DNA from: Mobula hypostoma
Taxonomy: Eukaryota
Length of the DNA: 64,000 bases
Reading direction: 5' to 3'
Assembly: GCF_963921235.1 (NCBI RefSeq)
Contig: NC_086118.1
Coordinates: forward strand, 23,066,001 to 23,130,000
The translations under genes and the position numbers were made by a program. Positions 12,562 through 25,354 of this stretch are shown piece after piece; the stretch's first letter is position 1, and the number at the start of each line of letters is the position of its first letter. Below the pieces are notes generated by a model. That model was given only the letters and a program-made list of their open reading frames with translations. It did no database searches and was not told where the DNA came from.

Positions 12562-13182
12562 GGGGGAGGGGGAGGGACAGATCATAACAAGGTTTACATT
12601 AATTTGACATGGAATATTCTAGTCATAGTCTATGCCTGAGAAACTACATCAGGATGTGCATTTCATTTGCAGGTTGATTCCACCAGGTCACCTTATTCGG
12701 CTGCCTAGACACTGCCCATATAGATGTTGCGTCCTCTGGGAAGTCTCTTGGAGCAGTCTAAGCTTGGGGATTATCTAATCACTCAAATCTATTTTTTACT
12801 TTTTCATCAACATGGAATAATGTTCTGCATTCCTCTTCAATGTTGCTAGGATTCCCCTTTTCTTAACACTCATGCATTACGTTTACCAAATGCAGAATTT
12901 AGAGAAGTGAAGCATGATCTGATTACCCCTCTGGAGTACCAAGCTGAATAAATAAATCAATTCAAAATGGGGTGAAAACAATGGTTGTTTTTTGATAATA
13001 CAAAACTTATGGAGGGGCCTTTAGACAGATTGAAGATACCCTTATCCAAAAAGCCAAGATCATATGATAAGACCCTGTTGAGATAAATCTTAACACAGTT
13101 AATAGAATGAAGACTGACTACTATACCGGAATCCAATGTTAAAATCCCTCACTCAGAGGAACCGTTTTTAATTTATTTTCAG

Positions 13183-13235
13183 CCCACCATCATGAACAGA
13201 TTGAAATCCAGAAATGTAACCACAATGCAACTGAG
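13183..13235 (+). other. Candidate 53-nt exon of an unidentified gene
   Basis: Acceptor TTTTTAATTTATTTTCAG and donor GAG|GTATGT in non-repetitive DNA. Two frames are open (xHHHEQIEIQKCNHNATE or PTIMNRLKSRNVTTMQL). No homology recognised. Confidence 0.22.
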
Positions 13236-13261
13236 GTATGTTCATAGCAATGTGTCACCGA

Positions 13262-14051
13262 GCAGTGGTCTCGGTCAAGCTAGTGGCTCAGGCTTAATTG
13301 TTTTTTTAGGTTTGGAGGGAAATTAGGCATCTAGTTAGCTTTAGGGACAGGAATGTGGGGGAATTAGACGTCAGGATGGAGTCTAGGCCTTTGCTCCATG
13401 TTTGAAGGCCGGTGACATGGACCTGTAACGAAGGACAACCATGGACAGACGTGAGGCCGGGAAGTGCTGTGGACAAAGACCAGAGAGGATGAGGGTTGGT
13501 GACCCCTCCTGTCCCCAAGTCAGTGAGCCCCCCAGGTAGCGGGTCCTACAATCAGGGATCCATATGGGCATGAGGTGTGACTGCTGTACGCTCAGGTATC
13601 TGAGTCAGTGAGTCCGGAATCCAAGGCTTGGTGTTCGGTGTCTCTTCATCAGTGAGTCCTGGGATCAATACCGAAGGTTGAAATCCGAAGGTCGAGTGAA
13701 ACTCCGGAAGTTGAGCTGCGATGGCTGAGGTCCTGGGTCTGTGAATCCACTGTTGAACTTGGACACTTGATATCTGTGAGTCCACTGGAGGCTGGAAACC
13801 CAGACACAGTGTTGAAGGATTGTCTACGAATATGAGTGGGTGGGAATAAGGAAAGGAGCTTGTCTAGTGTCGTTGTTTTGTTGCTGTTGTGCTGTTGTGA
13901 TTATTGTGAACACTCTATGTTGGTGTCGGAATGTGTGGTGGCTCTCGGGTGTGGCCCTGAGCACATCCTTAGGTTGTGTTGGTGTTTAACGCAAACGCCA
14001 CATTTCACTCAACGTTACAATGTACACGTCATAAATAAATGAATCTGAATC
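13262..14051 (+). mobile_element. Non-coding interspersed element ending in a Rex1-type tail
   Basis: GC-richer block ending AATAAATAAATGAATCTGAATC, a tail type shared with other LINE-dependent elements in the window. Confidence 0.5.
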
Positions 14052-14432
14052 CGGTTATTATTATACCTGTGCCCAGAGGTACACGTTTACATACCACCAC
14101 AGCAATTGTAGAATTTCATTGCAAGCTAGTAAATCAGTAATCGTGATCATGAAACTGACAAATCTTTTAAAAAATATCTAGTGCATTCACGGCGTATGCG
14201 GCAAATAAATACTTCTCATCCTTCCAGTCGATTTTAACTTCTTATTTTCATCTTCTTATTGGCCAGCAGTGGTAGAGTTAGAAAGACTAATTTCATGCAA
14301 TCAGATGATAAATTTAAGCAACAATTTATGGAAGCATTAAGAAAAGGAACATCAGGCATCAAGCCTGTTCTGCTGTTTAATGTGGTCATGAGTGTCATTC
14401 AAATTCAGTCCTTCTTCATTCTCTCCATTTCA

Positions 14433-14630
14433 TGAACACAAGAAATTCTGCAGATGTTGGAAGTCCAAAGCAACACATATAAAATGCAACACATATACAA
14501 CTCAGCAGGCATCTTCCCCCTTCTTTTTTAGTTCTGAAGAAGGGTCTCGGCCTGAAACATGGACCGTCTATTCATTTCCATAGATGCTGCCTAAGCTGCT
14601 GAGTTTACCCAGCATCTTGTGTGTGTTTGT
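14433..14630. mobile_element. Mini Penelope-like element (two short inverted ends)
   Basis: AAATTCTGCAGATGTTGGA arm plus the opposite arm, which carries CTGAAGAAGGGTCTCGGCCTGAAAC. Confidence 0.7.
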
Positions 14631-14772
14631 CTCCATATCCCTTGATTCTATGAGCTCTAAGAGCTAAATCCAACTCAGTGAACATTGTGACTTGGTCTTC
14701 ATTGCCCCTCCTCATCCATATACTTTTCCAAAGTATCCTTAAATATTGCAATTAAACCAGCAGCTGCCACTT

Positions 14773-15995
14773 CAGACACGAACAAAAGGAAATCTGCAGA
14801 TGCTGGAAATCAAAGTACACACACAAAATGCTGAAGGAACTCGGCAGGCCAGGCTGCATCTATGGAAAAGGGTAAACAGTAGATATTTCAGGCCAACACC
14901 GTTCATCTGGACTGGAAAAAAAGAGATCAGAAGTCAGCGTAAGAAGGTGGGGGAGGGGAGAAGAAGTACAAGGTAGTTGTTGTCGTCATGGCTATCCCTC
15001 GAGGTTGAGGATAGTGGTCTTTGTTCTGAAGAAGTGGCCCACAGAGCGAAGACGCCTGTGCGTGTGTTTGTTTAACGTGTACTTGCTCCAAGAAGCACAC
15101 GATACTCCACAAGTCAACCAACTGATTCCAATGGCATGGAAACCACGACGATTCAGGCTGATGGATTTGTTGCAGCCTTCATCTGCCTTCACAGCCATTG
15201 AGTTCGAAGTAACTTCATCTGCCTGTTCCACCATTGAGGTCTTGGTTGGATTGTTCTTTGTCAGGGACCTCACCCTCGACCTTACCACCATGGGTGACCC
15301 TACCAAGAGCATAACTCCAGACGGCATTGCTCTCGGGATCACAGGACCACACAAGCTTCTCCACTGCGACAAGGTGACAATCCACGGTGAAACCAGAAGA
15401 GGGAGAGGGGTGAAGTAAAGAGCTGGGAAGTTGATTGGTGAAAGAGATAAAGGGCTGGGGAAGGGGGGATTTGATAAGAGAGGACAGAAGGCCATGGAAG
15501 AAAGGGAAGGGGGAGGAGCACCGGAGGGATGTGATGGACAGGTGAGGAGATAAGGAGAGAGTGGGAAATAGGAATGGGGAATGGTGAAGGGGGGGTGGGG
15601 TGGACAATTACTTACTGGAAGTTTGAGAAATGAATGGTCGTACCATTAAGTTGAAGGCTACCCAGACGTAGTATAAGATGTTGCTCCTCCAACCAGAGTG
15701 TGGCATCATCGCAGCAGTAGAGGAGGCCATGGACTGACACGTCGATATGGGAATGAAAAGTAGGATTGGATATGGGAATGAAAAGTAGGATTGAAATGGG
15801 TGACCACCAGGAAATCCCACTTTTTCTGGTAGATGGAGGGTAGCTGCTCGGCCAAGTGATCTCCCAATCTACGTTGGATCTCACCGATATGCAGGAGGTC
15901 ACATTGGGTGCACTGGATACAGTAGATGACCCCCCCAACAGTCTCACCGATGAAGCGTCACCTCACCTGGAAGGACTGTTTGGGGCCCTGAATGG
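14773..15995 (-). mobile_element. Penelope-like element with GIY-YIG remnant, interrupted by an RTE-derived element
   Basis: The terminal arm at 14773-14975 continues after 15387. ORF 15612-15947 ends HGLLYCCDDATLWLEEQHLILRLGSLQLNG. Confidence 0.8.
14976..15386 (-). mobile_element. Non-autonomous RTE-derived element (RTE 5' UTR joined to RTE 3' tail)
   Basis: The 5' part CTTGTCGCAGTGGAGAAGCTTG...GGTAGGGTCACCCATGG resembles RTE/BovB-type 5' UTRs. The 3' end has a hairpin CTATCC...GGATAG and a (CAA)n tail. CpG-rich and cleanly interrupts the Penelope arm. Confidence 0.65.
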
Positions 15996-16169
15996 TGTAG
16001 GGTCCTGCTGCTTCAATATGCTCTCAGGCCTGGGCTATTTGGCCTGACACTTAATCAGTTAAACATCAGCTCATTCCTCACTCCTGAGCCTGGGCTCTGC
16101 TGCCTCAACTATGCCTCGCCTTGGCTCGTATCTGCTGCTTCAGAATCCACTGTAAGTCTGCTCCAGCAA

Positions 16170-19100
16170 TGGTCAAAGGCCTTGCTAACATCCATGTAGA
16201 CAACATTCACTGCCTTTCCATCAAATTTCCTGGCAACCTCTTCAAACAATTCTATAAGATTGGTTAGGCATGACCTACTACACATAAAGCCATATTGATC
16301 ATCAGGCCCTGTCTATCCAAATACATATCCTGTTTCAGAGAATATCTTCCAATAATTTACCTACTAATGATGTTAGGCTCACCGGCCTATTATTTTCTGG
16401 CTTATTCTCAAAGCCTTTCTTGAACAATGGAACAATATTTTCTCCAATTCTTCGACACTTGCCGAAGGATGTTTTAAACATCTCTGCTAAGACCCGAACA
16501 ATTTCTGCAGAAGTCTTCCACAAGATCCAAGGGGACATTTTGTCAGCCCTTTGGGACTTACCGACCCTAATTTGCCTCCAGGTAAGTATCTCCTCCTCTG
16601 TAATCCAGATACAGTCCAAAACCTCACTGCTCTTTTGCCTCAGTTCTATAGAATCTGTATTTATCTCCAGAGTAAATATAGATGCAAAAAATCCATTTAA
16701 AATCTACCCCATCTCTTTCAGCTCCATGCATAGAATACAATGCTGATTTTCAAGTGGACCAATTTTGTCCCTTGCTAAACCTTTGGACTTAATATATCTG
16801 TAGAAGCCCTATGGATTCTCCTTTACCTTGTTTGCTAGAGAAACTTCTTGCCTCTTTTTAACCCTCCTGATTTCCTCCTTAAGTGTTCTCTTACATTTCT
16901 TATATTCCACAACTACCTCATTTGTTCCTTCCTGCCTATTCCAGCTATGAACTTCATCTGAACCAGGGCCTCAATATCCTTCAAAAACCAAGGTTTCCTG
17001 TTGGCCTTGTCTTTCATTCTAACCGGAACATACAGACTTTCAATATTTCATTTTTGAAGGCCTGCTACTTACCAAGCATCCCTTTGCCAGAAGACAAGCC
17101 ATACATCCCAGATCCTTTCTGATGCCAGCAAAATTGGCCTTTGATTGACCATCATTATTGACCATAAATGTATTATGATCAATAATGCCCAGTGATCATA
17201 ATTTTATTAGGATTATCCATAATTATCTTGAAACTAATGAATTATGATCACGAGATGTTCTTCTAACAAACTTCTGTCACCTGCTCTATCTCCTTCCCTA
17301 ACAGGAAATCCAGTATCGCACTCTCTCTATTTGCAACTTCTATATATGATTGAGGAAACCTTGCTGAACACATTTGACAAACACATACCAATCCAGTTCT
17401 TTTACAGTATGGGAGTCCGAGTCAAAATATGGAAAGTTAAAATCACCTACTATCACAACCTTACAGTTTTTGCAAATGTTTGGTATTGCTCGGAAATTTG
17501 CTCTTCTAAATCCCATTGACTATTAGGAGGCTCACAATATCATCCCATTAATGGGACCTCCTAATCCCATTAGGAGTCCTCGGCTTTGCTTGTTGCTTGG
17601 CGGCTGGGGCGGGGTCAAAGCGCTCGGCAGAGATGGTACTCAGTGCTTGGTATCGGAGAGCTGGTCGGAGGCTCGAAGTTTTCGGATGGACTCAGAGTCG
17701 GCTGCAGTTGGGTGCTTCCAATGCATCGGCAAGTTTGCGGTGCTTGGAGTTCATGGCATGGAAAGTTTGTCCCTTCTACCGTCTGCGTGAGATGATGGGG
17801 CTATTGGGACTTGAGACTTTTTTTTACCATGTCCATGCTCTGCTCTTTATCAAATTACGGTATTGCTTTGCACTGTTGTAGCTATATGTTATGATTATGT
17901 GGTTTTGTCAGTTTTAGTCTTGGTTTGTCCTGTGTTTCTGTGATATCTCTCTGGAGGAACATTGTATCATTTCTTAATGCATGCATTTCTAAATGACAAT
18001 AAACGAGGACTAAGTGTCCTCATAATCTAATCTACCGTGGTCAAACCTTTCCTATGCCTCAGTAGATGAGCCCTCCAGACTGTGCTATTTGAGCACTGCT
18101 GTGACATTTTCCCTGACAAGTAATGCCATCCTTCCTCCTTCTATACCTCCCTCTCTATCATGCCGACAACAGAACCCCAGAATACTGAGCTGTCCCTCTT
18201 GCAACCAAGTCTCACTGATGGCTAAAGTATCATAATTCCATGCTCTAAACTCACGGGCATTACCTTCAGTACTCCGTGCATTGAAGTAAATGCAAACCAG
18301 AGCATTAGTTCCACCACGCTCAACCTTTTAGCTCATGTCTTTCTATGCAGGCTTACTTTCCCCACAACCACTCCACCAGCTACCCTGGCACTCTAGTTTC
18401 CATCCCCCTGCAACTCTAGTTTAAACAATCCAGAGCAGCACTAGCAAACCACCCCACAAGGATATTTGTCCTCCTCCAGTTCAGATGGAAACCATCCCAT
18501 TTGTATAGGTCCCACATTCCCTGGAAGAGAGCTCAATGATCCAAGAATCTGAAGGTCTCCCTCCTGCACCATCTCTTTAGCGACATGTTAAACTGTATTT
18601 TTAGTCTCCTTTTTCTAGCCTCCCTAGCAAGAGGCATGGGTAGTAGTTCTGAGATCGCCACCTTTGGGATAGTGTCCTTTAATTTGGCACCTAGCTCCCT
18701 GAATTCACTTTACGTAACCTCCTCACCCTTCCAGCCTCTGTCACCGGTACCGATATGGAACACAATCGCTGTGTGCCCCTTCCCCATTAAGAATGCTATG
18801 GACTCAATTTAAGTTGTCCCCGATCCTGGCACCCTTGAGAAACACATCACCTTGGAACCTTGTTCTTGTCCTGTCTGTCTCCCTAACCAATGAATCCCGT
18901 ATCACCAGTACTTGTTTCTTCTCCCCCATTCCCTTGTGAGTCACAGAGCCAGAGGTCATTCCCCCTCCCCCAGTAGTATCCAAAATGATAGACTTGGAAT
19001 TGAGTTCTGTCTCCTGAACGTGCTGAATGTCATCCAGCTCCAGTTCATTAATGCAGTGTGTAAGAAGCTGCAGCTGGGTGCACTTCTTGTCAACGTAGTT

Positions 19101-19330
19101 GTCAAGGACACCAGAGGTCTCCCTGCCTTTCCACATCCCACTAGAGGAGCACTCTGCTGCCTTGGCTGTCATTCCCACTGCTCCAACAGGGAGGGAGGGA
19201 GGGAGTAAGGATGGAAAGAAGGAACCTGTGCCTCAGCACTCCACTCTAATCCAGTCCCTTCACACTATTGCCACTCCCACAATGGCTGCTCCAATTAAAC
19301 CTAACTTTTTATTGGCCCTTGCCTATTAAC
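16170..19330 (-). mobile_element. Degenerate long CR1 LINE (ORF1 zinc-finger/esterase, endonuclease and RT start)
   Basis: ORF 18804-19178 (CSSSGMW...KKCTQLQLL...VLVIRDSLVRETDR, a CR1 ORF1 GDSL/SGNH-like motif) and ORF 16335-16619 (IVPLFKKG...NNRPVSLTSLVGKLLE). Confidence 0.85.
17578..18033 (+). mobile_element. LINE-dependent element inserted in the CR1 (same family as 21038-21664)
   Basis: Shares GGATGGACTCAGAGTCGG...AATGCATGCATT..TAAATGACAATAAA.GAGGAC with the reverse complement of 21038-21664. Ends in a (TAATC)n tail. Confidence 0.75.
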
Positions 19331-19949
19331 CCACATGATCTCCAGCTCCACAGAAAATTCTGAAAGATCCCATTCACTTTTTAAATCTGACACATTCCTC
19401 TTGCACAGGTAGTTGCTCGTGCAATCTCAAGCTCCACTATTCTTCTCGACTCTGGTGAACCTAGTCTATCCAATCTCTCTCACTCTGTGACAGTCTGCTC
19501 TCCCAGGAATAGGTCTGTAAATTTTCGGAAGCATTCTCTCAACAGCAGAGGTGTCTTTTAGATAATGGTACTAAAACTGCACACAATACTCAAGACGTGT
19601 TCTCATGGAGACCCTGTGTAACAACACATTAACCGGCCCTTGTTCCCAAATCACTTTGCTGTGAAGGAAAACAGATCATTTGCATTCTTAACATCCAATT
19701 TCATTTTAGTGAATGATGCACAAGGATATCCAGGTCACACTGCACCTCCTCTTTTTCAAATCTATCAGCACCGCAGGTTGAGATGTTCTCCCATTTCAAC
19801 ATTATGGCATACAAATAAAGCGTCTAAATGGCACATAAGTGAAATGTGCTGTCGTAGTTGATTGAAAGGACGCAGTAAAAAGCAAGAGGAGGAAGGAGAG
19901 GAGGCAAAGCGTTAATTAGCAGAACAGAGTAATATCAGAAACACAAACA

Positions 19950-20645
19950 GGCTTAATATCATTGGCTGCCTATGTTATGAAATTTGTTGTCTTTGCAGCA
20001 ACAGTACAATATAAAATAAAGACATCTGTTAGTCTCGCGAGACCATGGATCTGCGCCTGGAAAGTCTTCACTCTCCAGGGCGCAGGCCTGGGCAAGGTTG
20101 TATGGAAGACCAGCAGTTACCCATACTGCAAGTCTCCCCTCTCCACGACACCAATGTTGTCCAAGGGAAGGGCATTAGGACCCATACTGCTTGGCACCAG
20201 TGTCGTCGCAGAGCAATGTGTGATTAAGTGCCTTGCTCAAGGTCAGAACACGTTGCCTCGGCTGGGGCTCGAACTCACGACCTTCAGGTCGCTAGTCCAG
20301 TGCCTTAACCACTTGGCCACGTGCCCACAACAGTACAATGCAATAGATAATAATAGGAAAAGCTATGAATTACAGTAAGTATATATATTAAATAGGTAAT
20401 GCACAAATAGAAATAAAGAAGTAGTGAGGTAGTGTTTATTGGTTCAATGTCCATTCAGAAATCTGATGGCAGATGGGAAGAAGCTGTGCCTGAATTACTG
20501 AGTGTGTGCCTTTAGGCTTCTGTATCTCCTTCCTGATAAAAACAATGAGAATAAGACATGACCTGACTGATGAGGGTCCTTTTAGGAATCAGTTCTTGAG
20601 GATCTCCTGGATACTACGGAGGCTAGCGCTCATGAGCTGACTAAC
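19950..20645 (-). mobile_element. Rex1-type LINE 3' end hosting a SINE
   Basis: Matches the reverse complement of the 4560-4930-type Rex1 ends. Confidence 0.7.
20011..20328 (-). mobile_element. Young tRNA-derived SINE with CORE-like centre
   Basis: Minus strand has A box TGGCCAAGTGG, B box GTTCGAGCC and central CCTTGAGCAAGGCACTTAA. TSD (C)AACAGTACAAT at 19999-20010 and 20328-20339. Confidence 0.88.
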
Positions 20646-21037
20646 GTTACAACTCTCTAAGGAGATACAGCAAGCAATTATAACAACAAGTGACACCAGC
20701 CTTCACTATAAAGGCATCTAAGTAAACAATTAAGTTAATATTACAGAAATCATAAAAAGTCTTGAGTGTATCTGAATTATTGTGCAAAGGTTTGATCTCC
20801 TTAACTAAGGAATGATATATTTGCCTTAGAGTGCAATAGATCACGAGTATGCTTCTTAGGACAAGATAACCATTCTAAAGGGAGTGAAAATCTTTGAAGC
20901 ATATATCATTATCAAAATTAGATTTTACACTTTTTGACCACAGGTGAGATTTACCAAGTAATAGCTTTAATCTTTTTCTGGCAGTGCTATCTATATGTAT
21001 TATATTACACACTAAGAAAGAACACAGTAACATTATT

Positions 21038-21664
21038 GATTATGAAGACACGTAGTCCTCTTTTATTGTCATTTAGTAATGCATGCATTAAGAAATGATA
21101 TGATATTTCTTCTGGTGTGATATCACAAAACACAGGACAGACCAAGACTGAAAAAACCGACAAAACCACATAATTATAACATACAGTTACAACAGTGCAA
21201 CAATACCATAACTTGATGAAGAAGTCCATGAGCACAGTAAAAAGTTCAAAGTCTCTCAAATGTCCCACATCTCACGCAGACAGGAGAAGGAAGAAAAACT
21301 CTTCCTGCCATGCCCGACCACGGTCCGACTCTGAGTCATCCGAAAACTTTGAGCCTCCGAATCAGCTCTCCAACACCGAGTACTGAGTGCCATCTCTGTC
21401 CGAACGATTTGACCTCAATCTTGGTCGCCAACAGCAGGAAAAGCCAGGGATTTTGAGGCCTTCCCTCCGGAAGATTCCCGACCGCGCAGTAACGACAGCA
21501 GCGAACGAGCGTTTCAGAAATTTCTCCAGATGTTCCTCTGTGCTTTCACGTCCATCTTCATCAAATCAGAATTGTCCACGGTCCCTATTTAATGGATACG
21601 ATATCATTTTTCACCGGAGGGCTGCGCACGCACGGCGCGCTGCTCTCTCTCCTCCCCCCTAGGT
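21038..21664 (-). mobile_element. LINE-dependent element (same family as 17578-18033)
   Basis: CpG-rich and homologous to 17578-18033. Flanked by CATTATT at 21031-21037 and 21665-21671. Confidence 0.75.
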
Positions 21665-23023
21665 CATTATTTTAACTTCTCAGTACTTGCTTCATTAAAA
21701 AGACTTTTGCAATCTTCAACAGGAGCCAATGCTCATAATAGACAGCAACTCAATCAAGAAAGTAAAGATAATTATGCAATTATTATTGGAATATTGACAT
21801 TTTAAATTTAAATTATAATTGAATAACTCATGGACTACACAATTAGGCCACACTACATTTAACACTCTGCAGCACTAATAATGGATTCCTACTTAAGCAT
21901 GCTCTTAAAATACTGATTTATAATCTCTGCTGCTTATTCATCCAAGAAGTTACCTACACATTTAGGTGCCTTATTAAATGCCACATGGAGAAACAGACAT
22001 AAAAGGAAAAAAAAAGAGAGCAATTGTTGCATTAACCATCAGGTCATTATCCATATCCATCTCCCATATCTCTACCCTGTCAGAATTTTCCATACTGCAT
22101 ACAAACCCTTTAAGTGTTCACTAACTTGGTATTCACTGTTTTAATTTTTAAACTTAAATTGTACCAGTAAGCTATTTCTCCCTGGGGATATCAAAGTGAA
22201 CAGAGGCATCTTGTGATACCATGGGCCAAAACAGGACACTATAATTTGCACTTCCCTTGTTTTATTATTTTTTTCTTCTGACGATTGTTATTCATTCTGA
22301 AATACAGCTTCCGTGGTCTGGAAGAGGGGATAAATGATTTCCTCCTCCAGAGCTACGTTTCAAAATGACCATTAATATTCTTCCTGTAACAGCGCTCAAA
22401 TAAGACCTACTATCCTGTGAATTGTTGCTTCATCTATAATCTGCTTCTTTTCTGGCGAATCAGTGCCCGTATTTCTCCAGCTCCAGGTCAGGATCATGAT
22501 TTTCTCTTTTGTATAGCTCTTAAATAGCAATAACTGAAGTCATATATTCACTGTAACTAAGACCAAGAAGCATCAACCTTCTCATTTTCCACTAAATTTA
22601 ATACAACTTATCATAGTCTTTTTTCAGCAGTTAGTTCACTGCTGAGTTGAGTGTGACCACATTTGTTTGATGCTGCTCTTAACAATTCTGTCGTAGACAG
22701 AACTTTTCAAACAATGGCTACTCTTCCACCATTATTTCAGGGCCCTATGATGACTGACCTTTATCCTGCTCTAGCTCTTCATCCACATACAGCATTAAAC
22801 GTTATGTGTAGATGTAGTCAGCTTTCATATACACACTGAAGAGATCTACTTCCCCATCACTTTTATTTTGGTTGTCTTCATATCACCTGTGTTTCTTTAA
22901 ACTGTACTTTTACAGCAGGTCTCTCATGCTCTGCCCTATGTTATTTATAATTCATTCAAAATTAAATTGTATGTGTCCTATTCCACATTGCGTCCCATTC
23001 ACTCCCTCCTCAGTGAATTACGT

Positions 23024-23437
23024 TGTTGTGTAAATGAAGTCACTAGAGAAAATTACTGGTAAATATAAAGCAGCTTCTTTACTCGACAAAACAAGGTCCA
23101 GCAGACATCATATTTAGTCGAGAGGTCTGGCTAGCCCAATCTGGGGCTCGATATTTTATGTGCCCAACATCAAAGGACAATTCCATATTTACAAAGTATG
23201 GACAATGCTTTCCTTGAAACCACATACAACCTTCACACCTCCTAATTTGCATCCACATGACAGATAACCAAATGAATTTTAATCAGCATTGTCTCGACTG
23301 GGATTCACAGCTTTTAGGAGCCTGTTGTTCAGAGCTGCATTCCAAATTAAATGCACAATATATTTTCAGATGTGAAGAGTGGTAGCCAAAGTCAATTGCT
23401 AAATGTATATGTCCCAAACCCAAAAATCACTCTAACA
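23024..23437 (-). mobile_element. Possible short solo LTR
   Basis: TGTTG...TAACA termini and LTR-like layout, but no clean TSD. Confidence 0.35.
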
Positions 23438-23609
23438 AATTGCATTAGATCATAAATGCCCATGGCAGAGATTTTAAATTCTTCGTTTAGTAGAGCCATG
23501 AACAAGCCCTTCAGTGAACTATGTCTATACTAAGTATCAATTATCCATCAATGCTATTCCAGTTACCAGCATTTTGTCCATAGTCTTTTAAATTTATGAT
23601 CAAAATGCA

Positions 23610-23972
23610 TTTATTTATTTATTTGTTCGTTTTTATTTATTTATTTATTTATTTACCTATCTCGCTATCTATTTATTTATTTGTTTGTTTGTTTATTTAT
23701 TTATTTATTGATTGATTGATTGAGATACCATGCAGAATAGGACTTTGACTTGTGCCGCCCAGCAATCCCCCGATTTAATCCTGGTCTAGTCATGGGACAA
23801 TTTACAATGACCAATTAACCTAACAACCAATATTGCGGGAGGAAACTAGAGCACCCAGAGGAAACACAGCGGTCACAGAGAGAACATACAAGTTCCTTAC
23901 AGGCAATGGGACGAATTGAACCCAGGTTGCCTGTACTGTAAGAACTGTGCTAACCACTAAGCTACCGTGCCA
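23610..23972 (-). mobile_element. HE1/V-SINE-like SINE with (TTTA)n tail
   Basis: Reverse-complement V-domain GGGAGGAAACTAGAGCACCCAGAGGAAAC, tRNA head at 23910-23972 and (TTTA)/(TTGA) repeats at 23610-23722. Confidence 0.85.
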
Positions 23973-25354
23973 TCCTTTCCCTTTGCTATTTTTGCCATAT
24001 CCTACCCTGACATATGCCGGTGATATTCAAACTAATTCTGATTCTGATTTTGACTCTGAATACCTCCTCCAGTCGGACAACCCATTCCAAAACTCTTAAT
24101 TCCTTTTCTAGAAGTTCTCGGTCTCATCCATCCTATCATTTAAAAAAGCTTTATTGACCAAGGTTACATTAACCCAGATAAAAATCACCTTCTTTGCCAC
24201 AAAAACAATTTTACATTAATACTCCTGTAGAAAACACTTGATCTTATTTTACTTAAGTTGAAAGCAAGATAAAATAAAATTTAAAATAAATGCAACAGTA
24301 TTTTCTGTGGGTTCATTTTCACAAGATACCTGCTGTGCAAAGGCCATGGAAATTTTAGAGATGCAACGGGAATTTCAATATGCTGTTTTAGGTTAGAATT
24401 CCATTGCTCTTTTGCTGAAATTATGATGAACGAGTTGAAGAGCTTATGGGAATTCTCCCCGATAGCTTCAAAGTGAATTCACTTCCTTGTCAAATGCAAA
24501 GTTTTGTTTGCAATTAAGAGTTGATTTTAAAATCCATATTTCATTGGTCAAGTGTTCAGAATGTTATTTTATGGTTAATGAGTGATATTTTCTTTGTAAA
24601 ATTAAGCAGTTAAACAAGTCCGAGTTGATATTGTACCATATAAATTACTGATATAACAATAAACATTTTTTTTACAATGTTTTAAGTAAGAATTTCATTG
24701 TGTAAGGTTATCTTTGGTTTGAATAAAGTGTACATGTAGTTTAGGGTAATAACCATCTCCCTACTCCTACATAGGAAATTAACGGATGTAATGTAATGGT
24801 ACAGAATGTCCTTCCCCCAGACGGTTGCTTAAATTCCCACCAGTGCAAATATGTAACAGACACAGAGACTGACTATCCATTGCCAATTGCTGCCCCACAA
24901 AGTGGAGCAGGTTGTAAGTGCCAAATCAACCTTAGAAGAGCGAGAGCTCAGGGAAACCGGCATCAAATTCCCTGCATGTGTCCACATACTTGGCGATAAA
25001 TAAAGGATTCTGATTCTGATTCAGAATGTGGTGCTTAAGAACCTGCCCTAGAAGGTCTTAATGGTTTTCTGTACAAGAAAATAATCTGATGGTCTGCACA
25101 AATATAGTTTGAAATGAATGTTCATCGGTAATGCATTAATTCTGATCATGTTTATGAGCTTCAATCACCTCAACGTTCCTTTCTGTACTTCCTTACTATA
25201 TTGAAGGACGATATTCAGCCTCTCAGTCTACACTAGCATACAGAGCAATCCCATTCGCCGCTTTAATTTTCCCATCAAGTTTCCACAGATCATAAGTAGT
25301 GAAAGCAGTATTTTATACCAGATTATTCACTTAACAATCAACATTCCTTAGTTA

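Noticed and set aside
14992..15495. Overlapping 137-167 aa ORFs
   Set aside because: Chance frames across the RTE-derived element and the Penelope arm.
20255..20328. Third tRNA gene
   Set aside because: It is the tRNA-derived head of a TSD-flanked SINE and lacks a proper acceptor stem.
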